Below, in pieces: positions 46,663 through 56,885 of a stretch of DNA of 64,000 bases. The stretch's first letter is position 1. Every line of letters begins with the position of its first letter. This stretch comes from an uncultured Candidatus Saccharibacteria bacterium (lineage in GTDB: Bacteria; Patescibacteriota; Minisyncoccia; JAHISW01; Tagabacteraceae). A program made the position numbers and the translations under genes. The notes beneath the pieces were generated by a model that was not told the origin of the DNA, ran no database searches, and saw only the letters and a list, made by a program, of their open reading frames with translations. The DNA is taken from the NCBI GenBank assembly GCA_964601305.1, contig CAZRMW010000001.1:34376-98375 (forward strand), written 5' to 3'.

Positions 46663-48603
46663 TTACGCCAAACCCTTTTCACCCCCTACTTTTTTAGATT
46701 TTAACGGAAGTTCGACAAAAAAAGTAGAACCCTTTCCTTCCTCTGATTCAAACCATATTTTACCTCCCAAAAGATTTACTGCCTGTTTTACAATATAAAG
46801 CCCCAACCCTGTACCGTCTGTTTTTACTGTTATTGCATTATCTCCCCTAATAAATTTTCCAAAAATAGTTGATTGATTTTCTTTAGGAATACCAATACCA
46901 GTATCTGCTACTTTAAAGAGGAACTTTTCCCCTTTCTGTTCCAAATATACTTTCACTTCTCCACCAGCGGGAGTATATTCTATAGCATTTGAAATTATAG
47001 ATTGAGTAATATTTCTTATAGCATTTCTATCTGCGCTTATCTCTAGGCTTTTAGGATGCTTCTCAAAAGTCATTTTTATATTCTTTTTTTCACATATTGG
47101 TGTACACTCTAAAAAATAACTCTCTAAATAACTCACCAAATCAATTTTTTCTGGATTTATAGAAATCCTCCCCTCTTCTATTCTAGAAACATTCAATAGG
47201 TCATTTACAAGCAGGGTGAGTCTGTTTGTTGAAAGACGGATGTCTTCCATATACCCCCTGTCTTTTTTGGGAAGTTTTGATTTTTTAAGCATTCTTTCTG
47301 CCACCCACTGAATACCCGTAAGAGGTGTTCTCAATTGGTGAGAGGCTACAGAAACAAACTCACTTTTCATTTTTTCTATTTCTTTTTCCTTTGTAATATC
47401 TCTTTCAATACCAACAAAAAATACAACTTCATTTTTAGTATTTAAAACAGGTGAAATACTTGCATAAGCAGTATACTCTTGGCCATTTTTTCTTTTGTTT
47501 TTTATTTCTCCTTCAAAAACTTTCTTTTTTTTCTTAACTTCATTCCACATTTTTTCATAAAACTCCTGCCCCATTAGTCCCCCCCAATTTTCCTTTGTGC
47601 CTACTTTTTTTCCTAATATTTCTTTTGAAGAAAACCCAGTAATTTTCTTTACTGCTTTGTTAGCATAGATAACTGACCCATCAATATCAGTTATTACTAT
47701 ATGATCTGAAGCATTATCAACAGCCAATTTAAACTTTATTAAATCATTAGCTAATTTCCCTGATTTTTTTCTTTCCTCGTCTACGTCCTCTAGAACATTT
47801 AAAACTGCTTTCTGTTGACCTTCCAGGTCTTTTTGTTTTTTTCTTATTTCACTTGTTTGCTCTTTGACCCTTTTGTTTATTTCACTTCTGCTTTTTTTTA
47901 TGGCAACCACTGCCTTATCAAAAGATCTAGAAAGATCTCCTATTTCATTTTTCTCTTCTGTATCAACTTTATAATCAAGATTACCTTTTTCTATAACACT
48001 AATCCCCTCTTGAAATTTTCTAATAGGTTTTAAAACAACTCTAATAACAAGCCAAACACCAACCGCTACAATCAAAAGAAAAGAAAAGATAGACAAAACA
48101 AAAACTACAACCAACATTCTCCCTAAATTACCGACTTCGTTGCTTTTATCACTGCTTAAACCAGAGGCACCTAACGCTATTTTTTGTGATAAGAGAAGTA
48201 TTTGGCTGGTTAATCTATTTTCCAATTCAATATTTAAAGTGCCTCCATTTTTATGTAAAGCGAGAATTTTTTCAAAAATAACACCCATGTCTTTGTGCTT
48301 TTTACGCAACGATCTTGTCAATTCAACTTTTTCAAAATCTTCAAAAACTTCTTTTTCTAGAAGAATTAAAATGTTTTTATGTTTAGTTTTCCATTGTTGT
48401 TCAGCCCGCTTTTCCTGATAAAGTAAAAAATCTCCAAGGACAATATCTAAATCAAAAACTTCTTTAAATATTTCATCTGCAACCCTCCCTTTCGCAACTT
48501 CTCTTATTAGTTTGTTTGTCATTAAAAAAAGTATCGCACTAATCACCAAAGTTAAAACAATTGTAATTATGGTGAAAGTTTTTAATATTTTTTTTATTGT
48601 CAT
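46663..48603 (-). CDS. HAMP-PAS sensor histidine kinase
   Basis: 2 TM, NEIGDL, PAS, SHQLRTPL, DTGIGI, GTGLGL. Confidence 0.93.
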   Translation of the reverse strand: MTIKKILKTFTIITIVLTLVISAILFLMTNKLIREVAKGRVADEIFKEVFDLDIVLGDFLLYQEKRAEQQWKTKHKNILILLEKEVFEDFEKVELTRSLRKKHKDMGVIFEKILALHKNGGTLNIELENRLTSQILLLSQKIALGASGLSSDKSNEVGNLGRMLVVVFVLSIFSFLLIVAVGVWLVIRVVLKPIRKFQEGISVIEKGNLDYKVDTEEKNEIGDLSRSFDKAVVAIKKSRSEINKRVKEQTSEIRKKQKDLEGQQKAVLNVLEDVDEERKKSGKLANDLIKFKLAVDNASDHIVITDIDGSVIYANKAVKKITGFSSKEILGKKVGTKENWGGLMGQEFYEKMWNEVKKKKKVFEGEIKNKRKNGQEYTAYASISPVLNTKNEVVFFVGIERDITKEKEIEKMKSEFVSVASHQLRTPLTGIQWVAERMLKKSKLPKKDRGYMEDIRLSTNRLTLLVNDLLNVSRIEEGRISINPEKIDLVSYLESYFLECTPICEKKNIKMTFEKHPKSLEISADRNAIRNITQSIISNAIEYTPAGGEVKVYLEQKGEKFLFKVADTGIGIPKENQSTIFGKFIRGDNAITVKTDGTGLGLYIVKQAVNLLGGKIWFESEEGKGSTFFVELPLKSKKVGGEKGLA

Positions 48604-49611
48604 TTATCTTATTATACTAATTGCTTTTGGCTTAACATTTTCTAGAGCTTCAAAATAAATATAATCCAAATAATTTGGAACCTGCACACTTTCGGTTAGG
48701 TTGTTTTTAATAGCCCACCTTGCCTCGTCCTCTAAAGTGAGGATTAAAGACTGTTCAAGAGAAATCTCAAACTCAAAATCATCCCAAAGAGAAGCTATAG
48801 AATCTTCGTCTAGTATTAGTCTTTTTGCAACTATATTTTGTGATTCTTTTTTGTTATTTTTTATAAATTCAGTGGCTTCGTCTATAGCTTTCATAAATTT
48901 TTTGAGAATTTCAGTATTTCTCTTTGCAAAATCTTTCATGACCATAAAATTAAATGTTTCCATATAAACATCAGAGCTTGGTAACCTAATAGCATCACCT
49001 TCAGACAACTTCTGGGTATTATAAGCGTGCGGCTCCCAAATAACGACAGCGTCAACTTCCCCTTTGTTTAAAGATTTCGGTAAATCTGCCGGACTAATAT
49101 CAAGCACTTCTACATCAGAATCCAACATACCCCTTAAGACCAAAAAAGAGGATAGAAAAAATTGCCCCGTAGTACTCGCTGGTGTGCCTATTTTTTTTCC
49201 TTTTAAATCTAATGCGCTACTTATTCCTTTATCTTTTCGCGCAATTACTTTTACATCTTCATAAGAATGAACAAATGTAGAAAATATATAAAAATCTTGC
49301 CTATCAAAACTATTAAACATTATAGGAGTTGGAGCGACAGTTGATATGTCAACTCCACCTTCTAGCATATTAACAAAACTTAAACGCCCTGATTCAAATT
49401 CTTTTATTGCCACATCTAGTCCGTGTTTTAGAAAATATCCCTTATTTTCGGCTATCCACACTGCTGATGGTAAAATACTAGATTCAACACCCAAAACTAT
49501 TTTTTGAGGTGGCTCTATATGTTTTTTGGAAGTACTCAAATAAAAATAATAAAAAATAGCTCCAAATAAAAAACCTAATACAATTATGCTTGCTATTATT
49601 TTTTTAGCCAT
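48604..49611 (-). CDS. NrtA/SsuA/NMT1-type substrate-binding protein
   Basis: WIAENKGYF, DLKGKKIG, VIWEP. Confidence 0.85.
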   Translation of the reverse strand: MAKKIIASIIVLGFLFGAIFYYFYLSTSKKHIEPPQKIVLGVESSILPSAVWIAENKGYFLKHGLDVAIKEFESGRLSFVNMLEGGVDISTVAPTPIMFNSFDRQDFYIFSTFVHSYEDVKVIARKDKGISSALDLKGKKIGTPASTTGQFFLSSFLVLRGMLDSDVEVLDISPADLPKSLNKGEVDAVVIWEPHAYNTQKLSEGDAIRLPSSDVYMETFNFMVMKDFAKRNTEILKKFMKAIDEATEFIKNNKKESQNIVAKRLILDEDSIASLWDDFEFEISLEQSLILTLEDEARWAIKNNLTESVQVPNYLDYIYFEALENVKPKAISIIR

Positions 49612-50449
49612 TTTGTTTTTTTTGTCCGCCTTTAGCAGAAATTTGTTTTTTAAGCTCTATCATTTTAAGCTCCCTGCCTACCATTAATTTATTAACTCGT
49701 TCTAATTGCTCCATTTTTTGTTTTAACTTTGTTTCTGCTAATTTTCTATCTGTAATATCTCTACCTTCTGGTATTAAATAAATAATTTCTCCTTTTTTGT
49801 TTTTTGCTGGATTTATTGAAAAGTCAATATAGTGCAAAACGCCTTTTTTGTCTTTGTGCGTAGCTTCAAAACGAACAAACTCTCCTTTTGCAGATTTTTT
49901 TACACCTTCTTTAACTTCATTTTGTAATTTTTTTGAGTGAGTCCACCATGGAAGCATCCAAAAATATTTACCAATTAGTTCAGACTCTCCCTTTTCCACC
50001 ATTGAAAAAGCTGCCTTGTTGGCAAACAAAAGTTTTCCCTCAAGCGAAAGAATGCCTATTAGCTGAAAACTTTGATCTAAAATAGCCCTTAATTCTTCCT
50101 TGCTTTTCCTCAAAGCTTTTTCTTTGTTTTTTTCTTCTGTTGTGTCCCAAAAAACACCTAATACCCCCTCTGCTTTTCCGTTTTTGCCTAAGACTGGTGT
50201 TTTTATGGTGTGCACCCACGACTTTTTACCATCAACAACATAATCTTCTTCTATATCCTCCGTGTTCTTAGATTTCATAATTCTCTTGTCGTCATCGCAA
50301 TATTTATCAGCCAACTTTTTAGGATAAAGATCATAGTCAGATTTGCCTACCATGTCTTTAGAGTTCAACTTAAAATCTTTGGCGTAATTTTCATTACACC
50401 AAACATAAATACAATTTTTATCTTTTTGAAAAATTTTCTTGACTGACAT
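49604..50449 (-). CDS. Tandem PAS-domain protein without output domain, probably N-truncated
   Basis: Two PAS/PAC domains, ends MVGRELKMIELK. Confidence 0.8.
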   Translation of the reverse strand: MSVKKIFQKDKNCIYVWCNENYAKDFKLNSKDMVGKSDYDLYPKKLADKYCDDDKRIMKSKNTEDIEEDYVVDGKKSWVHTIKTPVLGKNGKAEGVLGVFWDTTEEKNKEKALRKSKEELRAILDQSFQLIGILSLEGKLLFANKAAFSMVEKGESELIGKYFWMLPWWTHSKKLQNEVKEGVKKSAKGEFVRFEATHKDKKGVLHYIDFSINPAKNKKGEIIYLIPEGRDITDRKLAETKLKQKMEQLERVNKLMVGRELKMIELKKQISAKGGQKKQNG

Positions 50450-50477
50450 AAAAATACACCTTTATTATACCAAAAAA

Positions 50478-51524
50478 TCAGGAAAGAAAATAATTATCAA
50501 CAGCAAATTTAAACTGCTGGACAAACAACTCTTTGAAAAATCTTAAATTATTTTGTTCATAAAACAAAATCATTGCTTTTTTATAATCTCCCTCATCTAC
50601 ACTTCTAAAAGATAAGGGGCAAATATTGTAAGCTAAAAGAATAGCATCTCCCAAAAGCCGACTTGTTCTTTTGTTCCCATCCTCAAATGGTTGTATGTAA
50701 GAAACCATTAGGATCAAAACCAATGCCTTCTCAAACGGATTTTTTGAAGAATTAATCAATTTAATTGTTTTCTCTACAACTTCTTCTATCTGATATTTGT
50801 TGTCTAACGGCCTATATCTTGTTCCAATAATACCAACTGGCAATTCTCTTATTCCTTGCTTAATACCCAAGTCTTCTACAATCAACTTTTGTATATTTTC
50901 AATTTTTCTTAAGTTTATCTTTTTAAAATCTTCCTTGTTTTCTATAATGTAGTCCAATGCTTTCTTGTGATTTAAAATCATAATGGCTTCTTCTTTCTTG
51001 TGCCCCTCAGCTTCTTTGTTTTCTTTAATTAAAATTTCTGTATCAAGCAAAGAGTAAGTGTTTCCTTCAATTTGTGAAGATTTCCAACTCAATTCAATAG
51101 ACAATCTCTCAAACTCTTTTTTCAAAATTGTGTCTGACAATTTTTTTATTCTTCCTCTATAATCATTATTTAGTTTCTCTAATTCTTCGCTTTCTTTTTT
51201 TGAAAACAAATTTTTTAGGTTTTTAAATATATCAAAATTGAAACGCCTAAAAAGAATATCTCTTTCATCTGGTGAAATATCAAAATACTTTTCTGTATCT
51301 ATATATTGCAATAATTCGTTTGTGGCACTATCAAAGTAGCGAACACTCCTTCCACGACCTTCTTTTTTTATTAAATTCTCACCAAGAAGCTCTTCTAAAT
51401 CCCTCACCACGGTAATACGCGAAACGTCATCAAGATACTCCACAATTTGTTTATTGCTTGTGCCATTATTACTCTTGATAAAATCTAGAATTTTTAATTG
51501 TCGCTCTTCTAATTGTTTCATCAT
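50478..51524 (-). CDS. Fic-domain protein with N-terminal HTH
   Basis: SRITVVRDL, SSQIEGN, QPFEDGNKRTSR. Confidence 0.9.
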   Translation of the reverse strand: MMKQLEERQLKILDFIKSNNGTSNKQIVEYLDDVSRITVVRDLEELLGENLIKKEGRGRSVRYFDSATNELLQYIDTEKYFDISPDERDILFRRFNFDIFKNLKNLFSKKESEELEKLNNDYRGRIKKLSDTILKKEFERLSIELSWKSSQIEGNTYSLLDTEILIKENKEAEGHKKEEAIMILNHKKALDYIIENKEDFKKINLRKIENIQKLIVEDLGIKQGIRELPVGIIGTRYRPLDNKYQIEEVVEKTIKLINSSKNPFEKALVLILMVSYIQPFEDGNKRTSRLLGDAILLAYNICPLSFRSVDEGDYKKAMILFYEQNNLRFFKELFVQQFKFAVDNYFLS

Positions 51525-51572
51525 AATACCCTTAATTGTATCATTTTAAGCCAAAAAATGAAACAATTAGAA

Positions 51573-51611
51573 GCTATTCACCTAAAACTCGCCTGGTTTT
51601 AGGTGAATAGC
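51573..51611. repeat. Hairpin with perfect 16-bp stem
   Basis: GCTATTCACCTAAAAC-TCGCCTG-GTTTTAGGTGAATAGC. Confidence 0.75.
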
Positions 51612-51653
51612 CCTAAATATACCTCAAAATACTATCTAAAAAAACTAAGTGTT

Positions 51654-52145
51654 TTACGTTCTTCTTTTTAAAAGCATTAAATTGGTTATTACTAATCCAG
51701 CTACGAACAAAACAACTCCAAGAAGTACGAAAAAGTATAATTTCAATTGCGCGCTTTTGCCTCCTACTACTTGAAAACTTGCAGAAACCTCCTCCATTAA
51801 GTCTTCATAGTCGCTAATTTTTACATTTATAATATGTAGCCCGCCCTTAGCTATTTCTGGAATTACAATGTAGTCCATAAAAGATGCTTGAGTTTCTATG
51901 GCTTTTAAAAATTTTGCTTGAGCAATAATTTCTCCATCTTTGGTTAGAATTTCATAATTTAATCTTAAATCTTTTCTTCGAGGATTTTCCGGATATTTAA
52001 TTTCTAATTCAAAATAAAATCTCTCACCAGCCACAACATCTGTATATTTTTCTGGCACATGCACCTGAATACTTAAAGCATGCGCAGAAGAAGCCACACC
52101 AAACAAAAACGATACCACTAAAATTGTTTTTATTATTCTACCCAT
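51654..52145 (-). CDS. Secreted Ig-like protein with C-terminal TM anchor
   Basis: Signal peptide (AHA), beta-rich core, TM then KRRT. Confidence 0.65.
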   Translation of the reverse strand: MGRIIKTILVVSFLFGVASSAHALSIQVHVPEKYTDVVAGERFYFELEIKYPENPRRKDLRLNYEILTKDGEIIAQAKFLKAIETQASFMDYIVIPEIAKGGLHIINVKISDYEDLMEEVSASFQVVGGKSAQLKLYFFVLLGVVLFVAGLVITNLMLLKRRT

Positions 52146-52632
52146 TACCTTTATTATCTATTTTTTTAGGAGAAGTATCAATCAAGAAACTAACAATAAA
52201 GAAATAATATAAAATAGTCGCTCCAAAAACTGATATTATGTTTAAAAAATCAAAATAATCACCAAAAAATAAATTTAAGCCTGACTCAAACAAAATTATA
52301 CCAATTACAAAAATAGGGATTCCAAAAAACAATTTTTTATTTATAAAACTCCAAACCCTGATAGAATTTACAATAAAAAGAAGGAGTTGCCCTGTATTCA
52401 TTAGCATTAAAATATTCATAATTATTCCACGCTCTATCCCAACAAAAACTCTATAGTTATCGAGTACGACAAAAATGGTAATAGAAACAGTTAAAATCAA
52501 GTACAAAAACAGTCCTTTTTTAAACTTATCTTTTCTTCGGAAATATTCTCCCACCAAAACACCTACCAAAATAACCAAAAGGATATATTGAACAAAATAA
52601 TTCGTCAAAGCTAGAATCTTAATTATCTCCAT
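52138..52632 (-). CDS. Multi-TM hypothetical protein
   Basis: About 5 hydrophobic helices, coupled overlaps. Confidence 0.65.
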   Translation of the reverse strand: MEIIKILALTNYFVQYILLVILVGVLVGEYFRRKDKFKKGLFLYLILTVSITIFVVLDNYRVFVGIERGIIMNILMLMNTGQLLLFIVNSIRVWSFINKKLFFGIPIFVIGIILFESGLNLFFGDYFDFLNIISVFGATILYYFFIVSFLIDTSPKKIDNKGNG

Positions 52633-52876
52633 AGTGTTTCAAATTTAAAAATATCCAAAGAAATAATATTGCCCACCCAAACTCAACAATAAACCATATT
52701 TTTTGATCAAAAAAATCATAAAAACCAAGCCCAGTATTTAAACAAAGCAAAACCCCTGAAACAAAAAATGGTAATATTAAAACTATTTTTCTTTTTGTTA
52801 ACATTAGATTTGTAGACAACCACAAAAGAAAAACTGCAACAATCAAAGGTGGAGTCAAAAATAATACATTTATCAT
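52619..52876 (-). CDS. Small three-TM hypothetical protein
   Basis: 85-aa hydrophobic ORF in operon. Confidence 0.6.
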   Translation of the reverse strand: MINVLFLTPPLIVAVFLLWLSTNLMLTKRKIVLILPFFVSGVLLCLNTGLGFYDFFDQKIWFIVEFGWAILFLWIFLNLKHYGDN

Positions 52877-52885
52877 AATATCGTT

Positions 52886-54733
52886 TTATTTTAAAGCGTT
52901 TTTAAACCCTAAAAATACAAACACGAGGCCAACAAGGCCAGTAACAACTCCTGGCACCCAATAAACATCTAGAATGGCGCCGTGAACAAAAATATACACC
53001 CCCAAGAAAAACCACACGAGCCTATCTATAATTAAAAATATCGAACCAATTATAACAAAATTTCTAGAAGCCCGTTTTTTCAATTTAAAACCATACCCAA
53101 AAAGAACAAATAAAATTACTGTAGTTAGTAAAATAGAAATATTGTTGTAAAAAATAGTACTAATTTTTGCTTCTCCAAAAGGCATCGACAAAAAGAAATA
53201 GCTTGTTGTAAAAACTAAAGCAAATAGAAAATAATATCTTAGTTTTAAATTAGCAAGAAATTTCTTTGTTTTAGGATATTTTTTAATTTTTGTTTTTCTA
53301 ATTTTTTTATTAAAAAAGACCCCAACAAACATTCCTAAAACAGTAATGACCAAAACACCAATCAAAGAAATAATAATTTTCCCTTTTAAAAATTTCTTTA
53401 ATGGATCGTCTATCGCCTCCTTTTTTTCAATTTCTGTAATTAAGCACCAGCTTGGATCTAAAATAATTTCATGAATACCAACAACCTCGTCCCCCTTGTA
53501 ATTTAAAAATTCACCTGTTGGATCGTGTCCAATACGTTTTTTGCTTTCAGACATACCAAAACATCTTTCTGTATTTTCACTCTCAATTACTTGAATCATA
53601 ATATCAAAATTCTCCAATCTTAACGGACTTATTAACAATAAACTTTTATTAACAAGATAACTTTCTTTAGTTTCACTAAAACTGTCTTTATCTTCGGCTA
53701 CAATTTCAAAAATTTTTTTCATTTGGTTTACTATGGCAACGTAACCCAAAAATTTATCTTTGTTGTAAATAGGAGCCATAATAGAAAATTTTGGGAAAAT
53801 GTATCCATAGCTTCCAATAAAAGGGCCGTAAAAAGAAATCTCCTTACTTTTTTTGACATCAAAATAATTTTTTGAAAGTCCATGACCCAAATTAACTTCC
53901 CACCCTAAATTCTCTCCAAAAGGCCCGTGTTCATCAGTCATATAAGAAACATATCCATCTTTAGAAATTAAAAGAATGTTGTGGTAATCTTTCTTTTTAC
54001 TAAAATTTTCTAAATATTCCGATTTCTCTTTAATTTTTTTATAATCATCAACATAAGCAGTAACAGAAATACCTAATTCAAAATCATCTGCTGTTTTTAC
54101 AGAAAGAGGAATAAACTTGCCATATTTTTTTCTTACTTTTTTCGATAACTCCTTCCATCTATAAAAACCTTGATTGGCTTCTTTCGTTTTTTTTACTTCT
54201 TCTATATATCCTATAAGTTCAGGAAAATATTTTTCAATATTCACCCCAATAATAGAACTATATTTATGAAAATAAATAGCAAAGTCATTAATATCGTATA
54301 TTGCACTATATCCATCTTTACCCACTGGCTGTACAGCAATTTTTTGAAATTCACTACTCTCTTGCAAATCTTCCAAAGACATCTTTGGGTGCATTTTAAG
54401 GTAATTCTCAACTTCTTTTGTGATAATCCTCGATTTTTCTTTAACATCTTTTTCAATTATAGCTTTCTCAAAAGTTAAGTTTTTCTTCAATAATTTTTTT
54501 ACTTCGTCTGATTTCTGTAGTATTTCAAGGTCATTTTTCATTTCAGATAAATAATTTTCAATCTTTTTTGTTTTTTCTTCAGAAATTTCAAGCAACATAT
54601 TGTGTGCTTCCAAAGTCAGCCTATTCTTTTCCTCTTTATATTGAAAAAACAAAAACAAGCCCGCAACACACAGACCTATCGCAAAAAACACTGCAATATT
54701 TTTTATTTTTTTATATATGTTTCTGTCTGTCAT
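52886..54733 (-). CDS. Cache-like extracellular sensor with multi-TM C-terminus, no enzymatic output
   Basis: PVGKDGYSAI, ESYLVNK, NYKGDEVVG, WCLITEI. Confidence 0.7.
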   Translation of the reverse strand: MTDRNIYKKIKNIAVFFAIGLCVAGLFLFFQYKEEKNRLTLEAHNMLLEISEEKTKKIENYLSEMKNDLEILQKSDEVKKLLKKNLTFEKAIIEKDVKEKSRIITKEVENYLKMHPKMSLEDLQESSEFQKIAVQPVGKDGYSAIYDINDFAIYFHKYSSIIGVNIEKYFPELIGYIEEVKKTKEANQGFYRWKELSKKVRKKYGKFIPLSVKTADDFELGISVTAYVDDYKKIKEKSEYLENFSKKKDYHNILLISKDGYVSYMTDEHGPFGENLGWEVNLGHGLSKNYFDVKKSKEISFYGPFIGSYGYIFPKFSIMAPIYNKDKFLGYVAIVNQMKKIFEIVAEDKDSFSETKESYLVNKSLLLISPLRLENFDIMIQVIESENTERCFGMSESKKRIGHDPTGEFLNYKGDEVVGIHEIILDPSWCLITEIEKKEAIDDPLKKFLKGKIIISLIGVLVITVLGMFVGVFFNKKIRKTKIKKYPKTKKFLANLKLRYYFLFALVFTTSYFFLSMPFGEAKISTIFYNNISILLTTVILFVLFGYGFKLKKRASRNFVIIGSIFLIIDRLVWFFLGVYIFVHGAILDVYWVPGVVTGLVGLVFVFLGFKNALK

Positions 54734-55839
54734 TTATCTTTTGTCAGATCCTTCCACAAATCTTCTTGTAATTTTCTGATGTTTTCAGGTTGATCATAGT
54801 CAGAATAATACTCAAGCCGTTTCATTGTATTCTTGTCGATATTAGCAAATTCTTTATACACACTGTCTTGCTCAAGCATTCTTTTTGATTTTAAGTTAGG
54901 ACTCATATAATTATATTTGGCAGCTAATTTAGCGCCGACACCAGCATCGAGAATATAATTTATAAACATCTCTGCTGTGTATTTCGATTTCGTTCCTTTC
55001 GGAATAACCATATTATCTGCCCAAATAGCTCCGCCTTCTTTAGGAATGATATATTTAATGCCAGGATTCTTCTCAACAATCTCATGTGCATGTCCACTCA
55101 TAAAAATAGCAAGCCATATATCTTCTGAGATTATTTTTTCTTGAATATCTACAAACCCATAAAAATCCCAATTCATATCATGGAAATTAATAAAATTTTC
55201 AATAGTTTGTATGTCCCGACGTGTCATTGGAACAATTGGACTTCCAATATATTTTGATATCGGACCAAAAAAATCTTCAGGAGTTTTAAAAAATCCAATT
55301 TTATCCTCATAATCTAACTTCCACAAGACATCCCAACTATCTGTGTTTTTGGGGACATATTTTGTATTAACAAAAAGCCCTGTTGTACCAGAAAGATACG
55401 GAAAAGAATATTTGTTTTTTAAATCATAATGCTTATTTAAAAATTGAGGATCAAGATTTCCGCGGTTTGGAATATTTTTTTTGTTTAACTTTAAAAACAA
55501 ATTCTCTTTTAGCATTTTTTTTAAATACGCATCACTCAAAATAAGTAGATCGAACTTTTTTTTCGTTTCGTTTTCTTTAATTTTTTTATGCATTTCACTA
55601 GCATCATAATATTCGTACAGATTTACTTTAACGCCATATTTTTTTTCAAAACCATCCAAAATATCTTGAGAAATATAATGTTCCCAATTGTAAATATCTA
55701 GTTCGTGAGCAAGTGTTTCTTCTGTCTTTGACAACCCCAACAAGAGCCAAACCGCTACACCACACACAACAAGTACGATTATTATTAAAAATAATATTAA
55801 TTTTTTATTTTTTTTATTCATCCCATGGATATTCTTCAA
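54730..55839 (-). CDS. PotD/PotF-type polyamine substrate-binding protein
   Basis: IYNWEHYI, FEKKYGVKV, PKEGGAIWADNMVIP, FINY. Confidence 0.88.
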   Translation of the reverse strand: MKNIHGMNKKNKKLILFLIIIVLVVCGVAVWLLLGLSKTEETLAHELDIYNWEHYISQDILDGFEKKYGVKVNLYEYYDASEMHKKIKENETKKKFDLLILSDAYLKKMLKENLFLKLNKKNIPNRGNLDPQFLNKHYDLKNKYSFPYLSGTTGLFVNTKYVPKNTDSWDVLWKLDYEDKIGFFKTPEDFFGPISKYIGSPIVPMTRRDIQTIENFINFHDMNWDFYGFVDIQEKIISEDIWLAIFMSGHAHEIVEKNPGIKYIIPKEGGAIWADNMVIPKGTKSKYTAEMFINYILDAGVGAKLAAKYNYMSPNLKSKRMLEQDSVYKEFANIDKNTMKRLEYYSDYDQPENIRKLQEDLWKDLTKDK

Positions 55840-56884
55840 TCACCATTGAATTAATCAAAATAGTGCTCGAAATATCTTCCTTTTCAATGTCTAGTTTTTT
55901 TAACCTAGCTAAATTAATCATCGGTACTTTTTTGTCGGTTGGCTTAAATTTAAAACTTGATGGTCTTTTGCCCTTAATTAAAATTTCATAACCAAGCTCT
56001 GCTGCATCAGCACCCATCCCTTGGTTAGAAATCATTACTCCGCAAGTTTGCCCCGTAGTAATTACAGTCACCCAAAGACCAAGATCTGGCAAATTACTAT
56101 TTTCGGCAATCCATTTTCCAAAAATTTTATTACCAACATTGTTCCCTCTCCTATCGACAAATCTTGATAATGGTGTAAACACAAAAGCATCTGTTTTATC
56201 TTGATAATACAAGACCTTATTTTGAAAATCTTCATAAAATTCTTGTTTTTCTATTGCAATTACTTCCATACCAAAAGTTTTACTTCTCTCGCTTATTCTT
56301 TCCATTACACCATCCCACTGTTTGGTCGGCTCTGCAAAAACAACCAGTTTTTTTACATAAGGAAATAATTGCTGTAAAAGCTCTAAAGACTCATCCACAA
56401 ACTCTCTTTCTAAAACTCCTGCAACATTTTTTGCTTTGTCGTAATTATAAACCTCTGGCTCTCTATTTACCCCTGTGAAAACAACTGGAATATCCGAATT
56501 AAGATAATACGATTCTATCACATATTCTTGCGCAGTATCGTCTGTGGCAAAAATCAAATCTGGTTGCCATTTGTCTATCATTTGTTTGGCTAGTTCTGCC
56601 TGTTCTAATTTCCACTCCTCTTTTTCGTTTCTTACGGTGTCCATGTCTAGTCGCATTGTTTCAATTTCTATCCCCTCCTTTTTCCAAAATCCCAAAAAGC
56701 CTTCCAAATACCCCTCAACTACCATTGGGGGGGCAACGGAATGGTAACTGTTTAACAAAAAAATCTTAATCGGTTCCTCCCCTCTAAATTTGTATGGGCT
56801 ACGAAAAATATAGTAAGAAGAAATTAAGACAACCATCATTAAAACTACACCCCCTAAATAAATTAACTTTTTTTTATCTTTCAT
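55814..56884 (-). CDS. ABC_sub_bind-type substrate-binding protein
   Basis: LLNSYH, PDLIFATDD, PVVFTGVN, NVAGVLE. Confidence 0.78.
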   Translation of the reverse strand: MKDKKKLIYLGGVVLMMVVLISSYYIFRSPYKFRGEEPIKIFLLNSYHSVAPPMVVEGYLEGFLGFWKKEGIEIETMRLDMDTVRNEKEEWKLEQAELAKQMIDKWQPDLIFATDDTAQEYVIESYYLNSDIPVVFTGVNREPEVYNYDKAKNVAGVLEREFVDESLELLQQLFPYVKKLVVFAEPTKQWDGVMERISERSKTFGMEVIAIEKQEFYEDFQNKVLYYQDKTDAFVFTPLSRFVDRRGNNVGNKIFGKWIAENSNLPDLGLWVTVITTGQTCGVMISNQGMGADAAELGYEILIKGKRPSSFKFKPTDKKVPMINLARLKKLDIEKEDISSTILINSMVIEEYPWDE

Positions 56885-56885
56885 A

